From: an uncultured Opitutales bacterium
Lineage (GTDB): Bacteria; Verrucomicrobiota; Verrucomicrobiia; Opitutales; UBA2987
Assembly (NCBI GenBank): GCA_964542645.1
Contig: CAZIUG010000008.1
Coordinates: 17,848 to 81,847 of the forward strand
Length of the DNA: 64,000 bases
Direction: 5' to 3'
Below are positions 10,370 to 20,082 of this stretch, in pieces (the stretch's first letter is position 1; each line of letters begins with the position of its first letter). Made by a program: the position numbers and the translations under genes. Under the pieces are notes generated by a model, which made no database searches, was not told the origin of the DNA, and saw only the letters and a list, made by a program, of their open reading frames with translations.

Positions 10370-11296
10370 ATGGCCACAGGTGTAATTGAACCACTCAAGG
10401 AATTAACAACCAAACCCCTACCCCATCGTATTCTGGGCAAGACAGGGGAATCAGTCCCGATGCTAGGTTTAGGAACTGGGCCTGGCGGTATCGGAATGGC
10501 AGACAGTAAAGCAACCTCACTTTACAATCGCGCCATCGATTTAGGCGTTACCTATATCGACACCGCTCCGAGTTACGGCAACGCCCATCATCAACTGAGT
10601 AAAATCATGCGATGCCGACGCAACGAGGTGTTCCTCGCCACCAAGACACAAGTTGATACAAAAGAAGAGGCACTTAAAATTCTTGAAACGAGTCTTAGGG
10701 ACCTACAGACCGACCACGCAGATCTAGTTTACGTCCATCACATGGGAGAACGTAATGTTGAGAAATTACTTGGCCCTGAAGGGGCACTTGAAGGTTTGCG
10801 TGAAGCACAAAAACGAGGTTGGACGCGCTTTATCGGTATCACGGCGCACAACCAGCCATGGAAGGTAGAAGAGATTCTGAAGAAAGCTCAAATCGATGTC
10901 ATTATGGTAGCACTAAATCCAGGCGACTTGCACACCTACAACTTCCAAGGAAAGGTCCTTGATCTTGCACACGAACAAAACGTTGCCGTTGCCGCAATGA
11001 AGGTCTACGGGGGTGCCGATGAAATGGAATATCGACTCTCTAAAGGAGAGGATGGACGCATATCGGCGATGGAAGCGGCGGGAAATTCAGAGTACGAACT
11101 CGCCCTGAGATATGCCCTGAGTTTGACCGGAATAACTACTGCTGTAATCGGAATGTATAGGGAAACAGAACTGTTGCAAAATATCGAATGGGTTCGTCGT
11201 TACCAACCGCTCTCTAAAGTAGAACGAGACCATTTGATATCCGCGGGACGCATTCTTTCGGATAAGTGGAGCACTCACTTCGGACCGGTGAAGTAA
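10370..11296 (+). CDS. Aldo/keto reductase
   Basis: RILGKTG, GVTYIDTAPSYG (catalytic Asp/Tyr), FLATK, DLVYVH. Confidence 0.9.
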   Translation: MATGVIEPLKELTTKPLPHRILGKTGESVPMLGLGTGPGGIGMADSKATSLYNRAIDLGVTYIDTAPSYGNAHHQLSKIMRCRRNEVFLATKTQVDTKEEALKILETSLRDLQTDHADLVYVHHMGERNVEKLLGPEGALEGLREAQKRGWTRFIGITAHNQPWKVEEILKKAQIDVIMVALNPGDLHTYNFQGKVLDLAHEQNVAVAAMKVYGGADEMEYRLSKGEDGRISAMEAAGNSEYELALRYALSLTGITTAVIGMYRETELLQNIEWVRRYQPLSKVERDHLISAGRILSDKWSTHFGPVK

Positions 11297-11529
11297 ATAG
11301 TAAATCTCACGGCAAGTAATATCTGTGACCATAAGGCTCAAGAACCAGCATCTTGTCTAGGGGATAACCTTCCAGACGCTTTTGTAACGTCTTAATTTCT
11401 TCGACTAGGGCATGATTGATTACACCCAGTTTCTTTTAACATGCTATTCATGTTTCCCAGCACAAGGAACAGGAACAAATGATTCAGCCGACATAAACAA
11501 ACCATTCCTCACAAAACCAAAATTTCGAC

Positions 11530-12624
11530 ATGCGTAATCCCCATCCCATCCGTCTTGGAATCATTGGTGCCGGGTTTACTGGTCGCCAAGCAGCCCTCGC
11601 CGCCTCTCAACTACCCTCTCGAATTAATTCAGTAGCAATGGCAGATCTCAATACAGATCGCCTTCAACCTGTAATTGACGAATTCTCAATTCCGAAGGCT
11701 TATCACGACTATCGAGAGCTTCTCGAAGATAAAACAATCGAAGCCGTCTATCTCGGTGTACCACCTAATATACGGCTAAAAATGGTAATTGACAGCCTTT
11801 CGGCCGGCAAGCACGTGATGGTTCAAAAACCGCATGCTATTAGAGCACCAGAAATCCTCAAGATGGAAGCCGCAGCCCAACGTGCCAAAAAGGTAATTCA
11901 ATTCTCTTATTACCTGAGGCACTATCCACAAAACCGTTCCGTTCGAGCGGCAATAAAATCAGGTAAGATTGGTCGGCCGTATCATGGCCGTTACTTCAGT
12001 AAAAATGCCCGCCCGGTTAATTCAAACGCTGATGCTGACCGCTGGCTTCTGATTTACGGCATGAAAGGAGGCGTACTAGCGCAACATATGTCTCACGACC
12101 TCAATCTTATCTGGTGGTGGATGGGTTCCCCGGCCCCAGAATGGGCGTTCGCCACCAAACATAATATTCACCCAACTTATAATGGGCCGGAAGGCCCATC
12201 GGAAGATTACTTTAGTGGCATTCTTGGTTTCGCCGAGGGAGCAACCATTCAGATCGACGTAACAAACTCTTCCCACTCCGACTCGCCCCGAATCTGTGAA
12301 TTGCACGGTGAAGAAGGAGCAGTTGCAGGAAACGAACGTTGTGGTCTCATCAACCCAAATCCCGACGAAAAACCTAACCAAGCGATTTTTAGACTAACCG
12401 AAAACGGCTACGAACGTGAGGAGATTACTGAGGAATATGATATCCCTCACACTACCGCACCGGCTGGAGCTTCCCCCTTCTATTACGAGATTGAACATTT
12501 CGCAATGGCTATTGCTGGAGAAGTAATGCCAGAAGTAAATGCTGAGGAAGCCTATACCTTTATGCGGATACTTGATGCACTCTATGATAGTGCAAAATCA
12601 AATGAGAAAATCGTGATTAACTGA
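11530..12624 (+). CDS. Gfo/Idh/MocA family oxidoreductase
   Basis: LGIIGAGFTG, GKHVMVQKP, GGVLAQHMSHDLN. Confidence 0.88.
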   Translation: MRNPHPIRLGIIGAGFTGRQAALAASQLPSRINSVAMADLNTDRLQPVIDEFSIPKAYHDYRELLEDKTIEAVYLGVPPNIRLKMVIDSLSAGKHVMVQKPHAIRAPEILKMEAAAQRAKKVIQFSYYLRHYPQNRSVRAAIKSGKIGRPYHGRYFSKNARPVNSNADADRWLLIYGMKGGVLAQHMSHDLNLIWWWMGSPAPEWAFATKHNIHPTYNGPEGPSEDYFSGILGFAEGATIQIDVTNSSHSDSPRICELHGEEGAVAGNERCGLINPNPDEKPNQAIFRLTENGYEREEITEEYDIPHTTAPAGASPFYYEIEHFAMAIAGEVMPEVNAEEAYTFMRILDALYDSAKSNEKIVIN

Positions 12625-12809
12625 CTCTAAAAGAAAAACCGCTTTCATGATTTGAAAAAGAGATTTATAAAGGCAACGTCTCTGCGTCGAAACGACAGTC
12701 ACCTCAATGGCTAATATCTAAAATATCTGAAGATTGTTAAAAGTGGAGACGGAATTTGCATACTAGAATTTCAGCCCACTAAATTTGTTAATAGAGAATA
12801 TCCCGTTAT

Positions 12810-14030
12810 TCAGGACCAACTCGCGATAAATTTTGTTGTGGTGTAATTTGACGGCATATCATTGAAGTAATACTTCATAGGCCCAGATTGAAAACCTGGC
12901 TGAAACTGTTCTTTATCCGTTTGAAGCAAAGTATCGAGAGGCTTGAAGCGATGCCAAAGTAATTCAGCTTCCGATTTTGAAAATCGACTAGAAAATTCAG
13001 GCCCCCAGTTAAGAGTTGTGTAGTGGGGGTTCCGGACGCTGTTCAAAAGATCTTCTGAAATACTAGGATAGGGAGGATCTTTTCCGAGTCGTATTGAAAG
13101 AGCAGCTTTGGATAGGAACACAGTGGTTAGAAGCTTACCCTTTTCACCCCGTTTCGGATGAAGCCTTTCTAAGGCTTTGTTGTATGCGGCTCCGTTCGCG
13201 TCAATTACGGCCCGCAACGCTGATTCCGTATGCGCCTTCATATCGTCAGATTGCCGATTCCAATGGTCGAAGACATGTTTGGACTCGGAGTCGAGATGTT
13301 CGATAAATGAGAGATCAGGAAAACAATTATAAGCAGAAAAACCTCCATGAATAGTTCGACGAAGTTTTGAACTGTAATTGCTGCCCCAATGCAGGATCGG
13401 AGTAATGTAGACAACGCCGTCTCCTGGCTCGAGAAATGTCTGCACTCCTCCAGGCAAGGGTCGACGAGGATCATTCAAAAGACTTACATTCTCTTCTACT
13501 GTGTTTGTCCTTAAATGACTGCCGGGAACAACCCACAAAACACTATCATCATAGAGAGGAATGTTCCATTGAATGTAGCGTGGACCACCCTCAATAATAT
13601 CGTCTATGTAGCCCTGCAGGGGAGCAGTATCGATAGGATGAATATCGCGATGCCACGGTGCCGGACCGTAGTCCCTTACGGGGCTACACATCATCATCAT
13701 TTCAGTAACAGCCGCCCTAGGCTCTTTAAGGAGTTCAATACTGATTCCCCGGATCTTCTCTTCCAACCAAACATTAACAGCGGGGGCCTCTTCCGGACCA
13801 AGCTGACGACCTAATGGCGGCCGCTGCAAGAGTAAGCGCGGTTGGTGACTAGTTTCCCATTCCCCACCAGGAGGATCCCCATCTTTACGCTGTTCCTTCC
13901 AGATTTTCCTCTGCCGATCGACGAGCGATTCGTATGCCTTTTTGACGAATTCGAGTTTATTATACGGAATGACTCCCTTAACAATTAAGTAGCCCTCTTT
14001 GAGAAATTTATCGCGTTCGACAGACACCAT
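12810..14030 (-). CDS. PhyH family dioxygenase with long C-terminal extension
   Basis: FLKEGYLIV, WHRD, VVPGSH, GDGVVY..ILHWG, RRTIH, followed by about 170 additional mostly helical residues. Confidence 0.85.
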   Translation of the reverse strand: MVSVERDKFLKEGYLIVKGVIPYNKLEFVKKAYESLVDRQRKIWKEQRKDGDPPGGEWETSHQPRLLLQRPPLGRQLGPEEAPAVNVWLEEKIRGISIELLKEPRAAVTEMMMMCSPVRDYGPAPWHRDIHPIDTAPLQGYIDDIIEGGPRYIQWNIPLYDDSVLWVVPGSHLRTNTVEENVSLLNDPRRPLPGGVQTFLEPGDGVVYITPILHWGSNYSSKLRRTIHGGFSAYNCFPDLSFIEHLDSESKHVFDHWNRQSDDMKAHTESALRAVIDANGAAYNKALERLHPKRGEKGKLLTTVFLSKAALSIRLGKDPPYPSISEDLLNSVRNPHYTTLNWGPEFSSRFSKSEAELLWHRFKPLDTLLQTDKEQFQPGFQSGPMKYYFNDMPSNYTTTKFIASWS

Positions 14031-14594
14031 TAGATCCCCTAGGACTCACCATCCAAAACCCGGTATATCTCCAACCGCCAAAACTGTCCGAAGGTTTGCC
14101 TCTGCTTCAAACACCTGTCAGAAGAAACGAGATTTCTCAGATCAGTCACAAATATTACGGCAATAATTTTACCATCAATTTACACAATGACAATACCGAA
14201 TGGATCGAAAACAAATATCACACTAAAGAAGCATACATCAGTCAATGTCTAGGATGTAATAAACGATCCATAAATTCCTTATGAAGCCTAAAATTTATTT
14301 AATTGAAGCTCTTATGTACAACTCTTTAAAATCCAAATATATCGAGGTAGTATCTTCGGTTAAATTCTTTCAGGTCCAGAGTATCCATTTTCTTTCTCAG
14401 CAAGCGGGACCTATAACAAGTGAACATTGAAATCTAGATGTAACTGGGCAATCTAGAACACTTGAACTTCTATTCAGCAGTCAATTATCTACTACTTTTC
14501 AAACTGAATACAATCCCCTTGATTGTAATCGGGAACCCATCCTTCCTGGTTTAAATAAGATAAGCCTTCGAAGATTGCTTCAGCATCTCAAACA

Positions 14595-15812
14595 ATGATG
14601 AAGAATTCATCATCCGATAATTCCAGGAAGCATCTCTGGTGGTGTAACTTACACCACATTGTCAACGATGGTTATGTCGCCAGTCTCTCCCTACTCCTCC
14701 CTTTTATCGCAGTTGATCTTGGGCTCGATTATACCGCATCCGGCCTGTTAAAGACCATTCACTACGGTGCGATCTGTGTAGCACAACTTCCGGCTGGATT
14801 CCTAGCCGAACGTCTTGGAGCAATCCTCCTACTTGGGTCAGGGACTGCCATCTTTGGCCTTGGTTATGCTGCTCTTCTCGTTGCATTCTCTTTTCCAATA
14901 GCATTGCTTGCCGTATTTGGAGCCGGTATCGGGGGAGGGGTGTACCATCCTGTCGGCACGGGTCTCATAGCTGACACCTTTACAGGAGAAAAATCGGGTA
15001 AGGCAATCGGAACATTAAACTTCTTTGGCGATATAGGAAAAGTTGTATTCCCAGCGGCAACCGGGATCATGATCGGATTCGTTGGATGGCGCGGCAGTTG
15101 TGGCCTTCTTGGCTGCGCCGGGGTAGCAGTAGGAATTATCTACCTCATCTCCTTTGGAAAAGATATAAAAATTCAGAAACTTCGAGGCAGAAAACAAGAA
15201 GATAAACCTGAAATTCCTCCCCAGGGAGGTTTGGGGCTCGGCCATCGCCTCCAGAAATGGGGTATTGCCCATCCTGGACAATTTGGTCTCTATGCTTTGA
15301 TTGGTTCCCTGGACACCGGCATTAGATCAGCGGTTATGGCCTTCCTCGGATTCCTGTTGATTCGAGAGGGAATCACGGAAACAAACGTAGGCTGGTGTAT
15401 ATCACTAACCTTTTTGGGAGGGGCAATGGGCAAGCTTATTTGTGGCATGCCTATGCAAAAACTAGGGGCCGCACGTCTTATAATCCTGACAGAGACACTT
15501 ATGATTCTGGGGTGTTTGGCTTTGCCTCATATTGGTAATAATCAGGCATTGTTCATTTTTCTACCCCTTTTTGGCTTTGTTCTTAACGGTACATCATCGG
15601 TGCTTTATATAGGACTAGTTCCGATTTTTACTCCAACACGACGCAGCCGTGGGTACGCTATGTATTACACGCTCAATTTTATTGCTTCAGCCTGTGCCCC
15701 CATCATTTTCGGACTTACTGGAGATAAATGGGGCCTAGATATCGCATTTTATACGGCCGGAGGGGCCATGTTGCTAATCCTCCCTCTGACGGCATTTTTA
15801 AGGAAAATCTAG
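14595..15812 (+). CDS. MFS transporter (Fsr/fosmidomycin-resistance-like)
   Basis: About 12 hydrophobic segments, HHIVNDGY N-terminus, GFLAERLG motif A, GVYHP. Confidence 0.85.
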   Translation: MMKNSSSDNSRKHLWWCNLHHIVNDGYVASLSLLLPFIAVDLGLDYTASGLLKTIHYGAICVAQLPAGFLAERLGAILLLGSGTAIFGLGYAALLVAFSFPIALLAVFGAGIGGGVYHPVGTGLIADTFTGEKSGKAIGTLNFFGDIGKVVFPAATGIMIGFVGWRGSCGLLGCAGVAVGIIYLISFGKDIKIQKLRGRKQEDKPEIPPQGGLGLGHRLQKWGIAHPGQFGLYALIGSLDTGIRSAVMAFLGFLLIREGITETNVGWCISLTFLGGAMGKLICGMPMQKLGAARLIILTETLMILGCLALPHIGNNQALFIFLPLFGFVLNGTSSVLYIGLVPIFTPTRRSRGYAMYYTLNFIASACAPIIFGLTGDKWGLDIAFYTAGGAMLLILPLTAFLRKI

Positions 15813-15850
15813 GAAATCCAGCAAAACGGAAATGCAGGCTGCCTATTCGA

Positions 15851-16654
15851 TTAATCCCGCTTCAATCCTGAAAATTCAGTCTTAGGTTCCCCTCTTTCTC
15901 GATCCCATTGCCATTTCTCAAGGTAGGGCTGGAGTGAATCGAATCCGAATATTCGTCTTCCCTCTTCTCCAGCCCGTTCTAGTACGTCAGACCTAACCAT
16001 CCGGCAGAGCTCGTAGGGACCTTTCGACCAATTACGACGCCACGGAGCGATCATAGCATACCGGTTCTGTGAACTTCTATTCTCCGATGTTCCGTGCCAA
16101 ATATTACAATGAAAGAGCAATACTGATCCTCGTTCTGCTTCAATGATGTGAGTCTTTTCAACAGCATCATCAGGAATGCCGAGAGATTCAATAAGGTGGC
16201 TTCCCGGCACCAGATGAGTGGCCCCATTCCTTTTAGTGAAATCACTGATACAAAAGATCGTATTGATACTCATAGCATGACTTGTAATTCGCTTATCGCG
16301 ATCAATCGGCGCTTGTGACCTCAGCCGTAAATGACCGGTAACATCGCCATCAGCATGCAAACCAGAAATCCCACCCCCAGGTTCAATAACCGAACCATGA
16401 ACCGCACAAAGAACGGCATCCTCTCCCAAAAAATGTCTCACAACTCGGAGCAATTCCGGAATCTGGTAGGACCGTTCAAAAATTTGAGCCTTATTGAAAA
16501 CACACTCAAAATTACCTGGTTCTTTACTCTTTAAGAGTCGGCTTAATTCATGAGTAGCAGTATCACATTCCTCTGAAGTAAGCATGCCCGGTATCACAGT
16601 GTAACCATTCCGAAGGACGTTCTCAGTGTGAATCGTGAATTCGCTATCATTCAT
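15851..16654 (-). CDS. PhyH family dioxygenase
   Basis: LHAD, NGATHLVPGSH, IWHG, NRY. Confidence 0.88.
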   Translation of the reverse strand: MNDSEFTIHTENVLRNGYTVIPGMLTSEECDTATHELSRLLKSKEPGNFECVFNKAQIFERSYQIPELLRVVRHFLGEDAVLCAVHGSVIEPGGGISGLHADGDVTGHLRLRSQAPIDRDKRITSHAMSINTIFCISDFTKRNGATHLVPGSHLIESLGIPDDAVEKTHIIEAERGSVLLFHCNIWHGTSENRSSQNRYAMIAPWRRNWSKGPYELCRMVRSDVLERAGEEGRRIFGFDSLQPYLEKWQWDRERGEPKTEFSGLKRD

Positions 16655-16834
16655 GTCAGACTATTTCCCAGCGACAAGCAACATTCCCGAAATATTTGGA
16701 GAATAAATCGATTGATCCAATCTACAACCCCGATCTAACCCGTTGTCTGATAAATAATTTACAACCTATGAAGAAATATTAGCAAGCTCTATAGAAAAGA
16801 ACATCATAGGTTTTCTCAATAGTCTCTGTTCTTA

Positions 16835-18220
16835 CTAAAGCGGTGGATGCTTCCACCCCCCCAATCTAGATTCTAGAAAAGCTGAAACCGCCAACACTAA
16901 ATCTTCGCGCCACGGTAGCGCCGCAACCTGAAAACCAATAGGCAACCCCTCAGGAGAAGTTCCTGCTCTTACCACTGAAGCAGGCCAACCTGTCATATTG
17001 AATACCCGAGTATAGGTATATCCATCTCCCCTTGCGAAAATCTCTCCATGCCGTGCGGCAGGAAAAGCATTTACCGGACACAGAATAAAATCGTAATTCT
17101 CCATAAACCGAAGCATTCCACTGCGAAAGCAATCAATCCGTGTTAGTAAAGCTGTGTATTCGGGAAGAGAGATCGGAGCCCTCCCGAGAAAACGATCCTT
17201 CAACACAGGATGCACCTCCGTAGTACCACATTCCTTTAATATTTTCTCGATCCATACGCCACCATCGGCGAGAATAAGCTCGTGAAACAACTCGGACGCT
17301 TCAAGTGCTTCATCAGGCCAAGCTTCTTCAAAGTTGATCCCAACGTCTTCGAGTACACTGATACTATCTTGAATCAGCTTTATAGTTTCTGAAGTCGGTG
17401 ACACAATTCCGTTGTCGATACAAAACACTCCGCGAAGTTTCCTAAGGTCTACCTGTCCAGGATCACCTAAAGGCATCGGAACCACACTGGGATCGTATCC
17501 GTCTACTCCTGAAATAATAGACAGAATAAGTTTTATGTCCTCAACCGACCGTGCAAGGGGGCCAATCTGGGTCAGAAGACTCAATACACCCAAGTCATAG
17601 GAGAGGACATGTCCAGTACTAGGAACACGGCCGGAGGTTGGCTTTAGCCCAGAGATACCACAGAAGTGTGCGGGTTGACGAATGCTACCTCCGGTATCAC
17701 TACCCAAATCAAACGCGGAACCACAGGAAGCTACGATTGCAGCAGGACCAGCACTACTTCCACCGGAAGAACGGGATGTGTCATAAGGATTATTTGTTCG
17801 ACCATACACCAGATTGTCGGTCTCAGCACTTAATGTGAGTTCGGGAGTATTGGTCTTCCCAAGAAGTATTGCTCCAGCCTTTCTTAAACGAGCCACCACC
17901 GAAGCGTCCCTACTCGGAACAAAGGATTCCCGTCCCTTGGTGCCAGCTGCCGTAATCAAATCGGCCGTATCGATCGAATCCTTGATCGTCATAGGGACAC
18001 CATGCAAAGGCCCAGTTTCATCGCCACGGGCAAGTGTGATATCAGCGGCACGAGCATCAGCCAAAGCTCCCTCAGCTCGCAACTGGACCACGGCATTAAG
18101 AGCCGGGTTCACTTCTGAAATGCGATCAAGATGAACCTGAATCACCTCTACCACTGAAATCGACTTTTTCTTTATGGCAGCAGCCTGATCCACCGCTGAC
18201 AAAGAAAGAATATCATTCAT
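16835..18220 (-). CDS. Amidase signature family amidase
   Basis: IKDS (catalytic Lys), GKTNTPE, GGSSAG, GSDTGGSIRQPA. ATG 18220 is preceded by GAGGA; the ORF extends to 18259. Confidence 0.92.
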   Translation of the reverse strand: MNDILSLSAVDQAAAIKKKSISVVEVIQVHLDRISEVNPALNAVVQLRAEGALADARAADITLARGDETGPLHGVPMTIKDSIDTADLITAAGTKGRESFVPSRDASVVARLRKAGAILLGKTNTPELTLSAETDNLVYGRTNNPYDTSRSSGGSSAGPAAIVASCGSAFDLGSDTGGSIRQPAHFCGISGLKPTSGRVPSTGHVLSYDLGVLSLLTQIGPLARSVEDIKLILSIISGVDGYDPSVVPMPLGDPGQVDLRKLRGVFCIDNGIVSPTSETIKLIQDSISVLEDVGINFEEAWPDEALEASELFHELILADGGVWIEKILKECGTTEVHPVLKDRFLGRAPISLPEYTALLTRIDCFRSGMLRFMENYDFILCPVNAFPAARHGEIFARGDGYTYTRVFNMTGWPASVVRAGTSPEGLPIGFQVAALPWREDLVLAVSAFLESRLGGWKHPPL

Positions 18221-18402
18221 AGAAAACCCTTCCTCAAATTTTAAACTTACATTTGGCACTCTCAGAATGCCTTAATTTAAATCAAACCCGGGGAAATTTT
18301 TTTAACAGCGAAAAGAGCCAGGAATCCTTATCCTACTTGATATTGATAAAACCGATGGGATCAAAAGGAAGTGACAAGGTATCAAGGTTGGGGAATTACA
18401 TG

Positions 18403-18924
18403 TTACTTGTGCAGCGCAATTTGATACAACCCGACGCTATAGAACTCATAAGAAGCAGCCTTATCTGGAAAATCCACGACATGTACCGTAAATCTCGAAG
18501 GCACCCCAGTATGACTCATGTGGTTCCTAAAGAATCCGCTGTAAGCATCAGCATAGGCCTGATATAGACGTTTCTGCTCGTTCAAGAACCCAGCCGGATC
18601 AAGTCGAGGATCCGGTGCTTTCGGCTGTGAAGCGAAAGCGTGTAATTCGACGAAGTCAATCTTGCCAATGGAGTCACAAATCTCGGCATCTTGCAACCAC
18701 TTCTCCCAGGAACGGAAAACCAGTTCGACCTCTATCTCAGGCTCCATTGTAACAAGCTCCTGACGATTCAGAACACTCTTGGCTGAGTAGCCGCCTGTAA
18801 GGCCAGCAAAGTGAATTTTCAGGTCACCACCTCCAAGTTCCTCGGTTACAAGGTTAGAAAGAACCGGAGCGTCTCCGGTGTAGTAGTAGGTCAAACGGCC
18901 CCGTTTCTTAACTCTAAAAGACAT
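18403..18924 (-). CDS. Hypothetical protein, probable highly divergent RidA/YjgF (Rid) family member
   Basis: Aligns by eye with YjgF elements: IHFAG, YADAYSGFF, VPSRFTVHV (conserved Arg), YEF (conserved Glu). Confidence 0.5.
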   Translation of the reverse strand: MSFRVKKRGRLTYYYTGDAPVLSNLVTEELGGGDLKIHFAGLTGGYSAKSVLNRQELVTMEPEIEVELVFRSWEKWLQDAEICDSIGKIDFVELHAFASQPKAPDPRLDPAGFLNEQKRLYQAYADAYSGFFRNHMSHTGVPSRFTVHVVDFPDKAASYEFYSVGLYQIALHK

Positions 18925-19100
18925 TATGGACCGGAAGATCTACCTTTTTTAGGTTTCAGTCAACACTGACTGAGAACTTCCGTACCGCCAAAGGTTGCCC
19001 TCTTCCCCATTCGTTTCACCTTTCAATGCACAGTTAATAATTGGGCCTTTCCCGAAGAAACTCTGTAATCTAAAAACCTACGATCCTTACTGAAAACACC

Positions 19101-20051
19101 TCAATACAACGCAGCCAAAAGAGCCTGGACATAGCCAACAGCTTGTGCCCAAGCGATTTTACGGTGTTGATCGTCGTAGGCATAATCAGGCATATGATCG
19201 AGTTGGAGGCCGCCATCAAATCCCACTTCACGAAGGGTCTTCAGAACAGCGAACAGATCGATATCCCCGTCATCAATGGAAACCTCCTGGTAACCTCCGT
19301 GAGTAGGGATTTGTCCTCTTACATTTCGAATATGTGTGTGAAATATCTGACCCTTCCTCCCATACCTCCGGATATCGTCACAAATATTCACACCTGACTC
19401 ATAGCGTGTGCCAACGCAATATAGAAGACCATTATGGGTACTTGGAACCTGATACATCAAGTCGGTCCAGCGCTGTGGGGATACGTAAGCATTGGATAGC
19501 GGAGGGTCGCCTGGATGGGTTATCAGTTTGACGTTGTTTTCTTCCGCCACGGGAACTAGCGCTCGCAAGAGCTCGAGAGATCGTTCCCAATGCTCTTCGA
19601 TTGTAACCCTGGATTTCCAAGATTTTTCGGTCCTGCTAGCGTTCATTTTATCAACACTGAACCCGCCCATTTGGTAACCACAACGATGAGTGAACTTCAC
19701 AGCTCCATAATGACCTGGATGATCAAAATGAAAGGGCGTAGAGAGAAAAGGAATTTCGAGCCGTCCCATAATTTCTATGGTCCTTTTCAAGTCCTCTATA
19801 TCTTTTTCACCTCCGGGATTCCCCAGCATAAAATCTAGCGGATCGTCCTGCGGAGCAATTCGGTAAAGACCTAGACCAAATCCATTTATTCGCTCCTTAA
19901 TTCTGCGCAACGCTTTCTCGTCAGGATAACCCTGTTCGATGAAGCCAGGAATACTCTCCGCATTATGAATATCGATCCCATCAGCCCCTATCTGAGCCAC
20001 AAAGTGGAGGTACTCGTCGGATAAATCACACTGGCGGAGAAGGATTTTCAT
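19101..20051 (-). CDS. Mannonate dehydratase (UxuA)-family protein
   Basis: THPGDPP, CVGT, HTHIRN, DDGDID, LDHMP, GYVQAL. Confidence 0.8.
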   Translation of the reverse strand: MKILLRQCDLSDEYLHFVAQIGADGIDIHNAESIPGFIEQGYPDEKALRRIKERINGFGLGLYRIAPQDDPLDFMLGNPGGEKDIEDLKRTIEIMGRLEIPFLSTPFHFDHPGHYGAVKFTHRCGYQMGGFSVDKMNASRTEKSWKSRVTIEEHWERSLELLRALVPVAEENNVKLITHPGDPPLSNAYVSPQRWTDLMYQVPSTHNGLLYCVGTRYESGVNICDDIRRYGRKGQIFHTHIRNVRGQIPTHGGYQEVSIDDGDIDLFAVLKTLREVGFDGGLQLDHMPDYAYDDQHRKIAWAQAVGYVQALLAALY

Positions 20052-20082
20052 TTGGTGATGCTAAATTAATTCTTCTAACCAA

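Noticed and set aside
11307-11435. Start-less minus-strand frame KKLGVINHALVEEIKTLQKRLEGYPLDKMLVLEPYGHRYYLP* that looks protein-like
   Set aside because: May be a gene relic, but I cannot assign a family. It needs BLASTX before any call.
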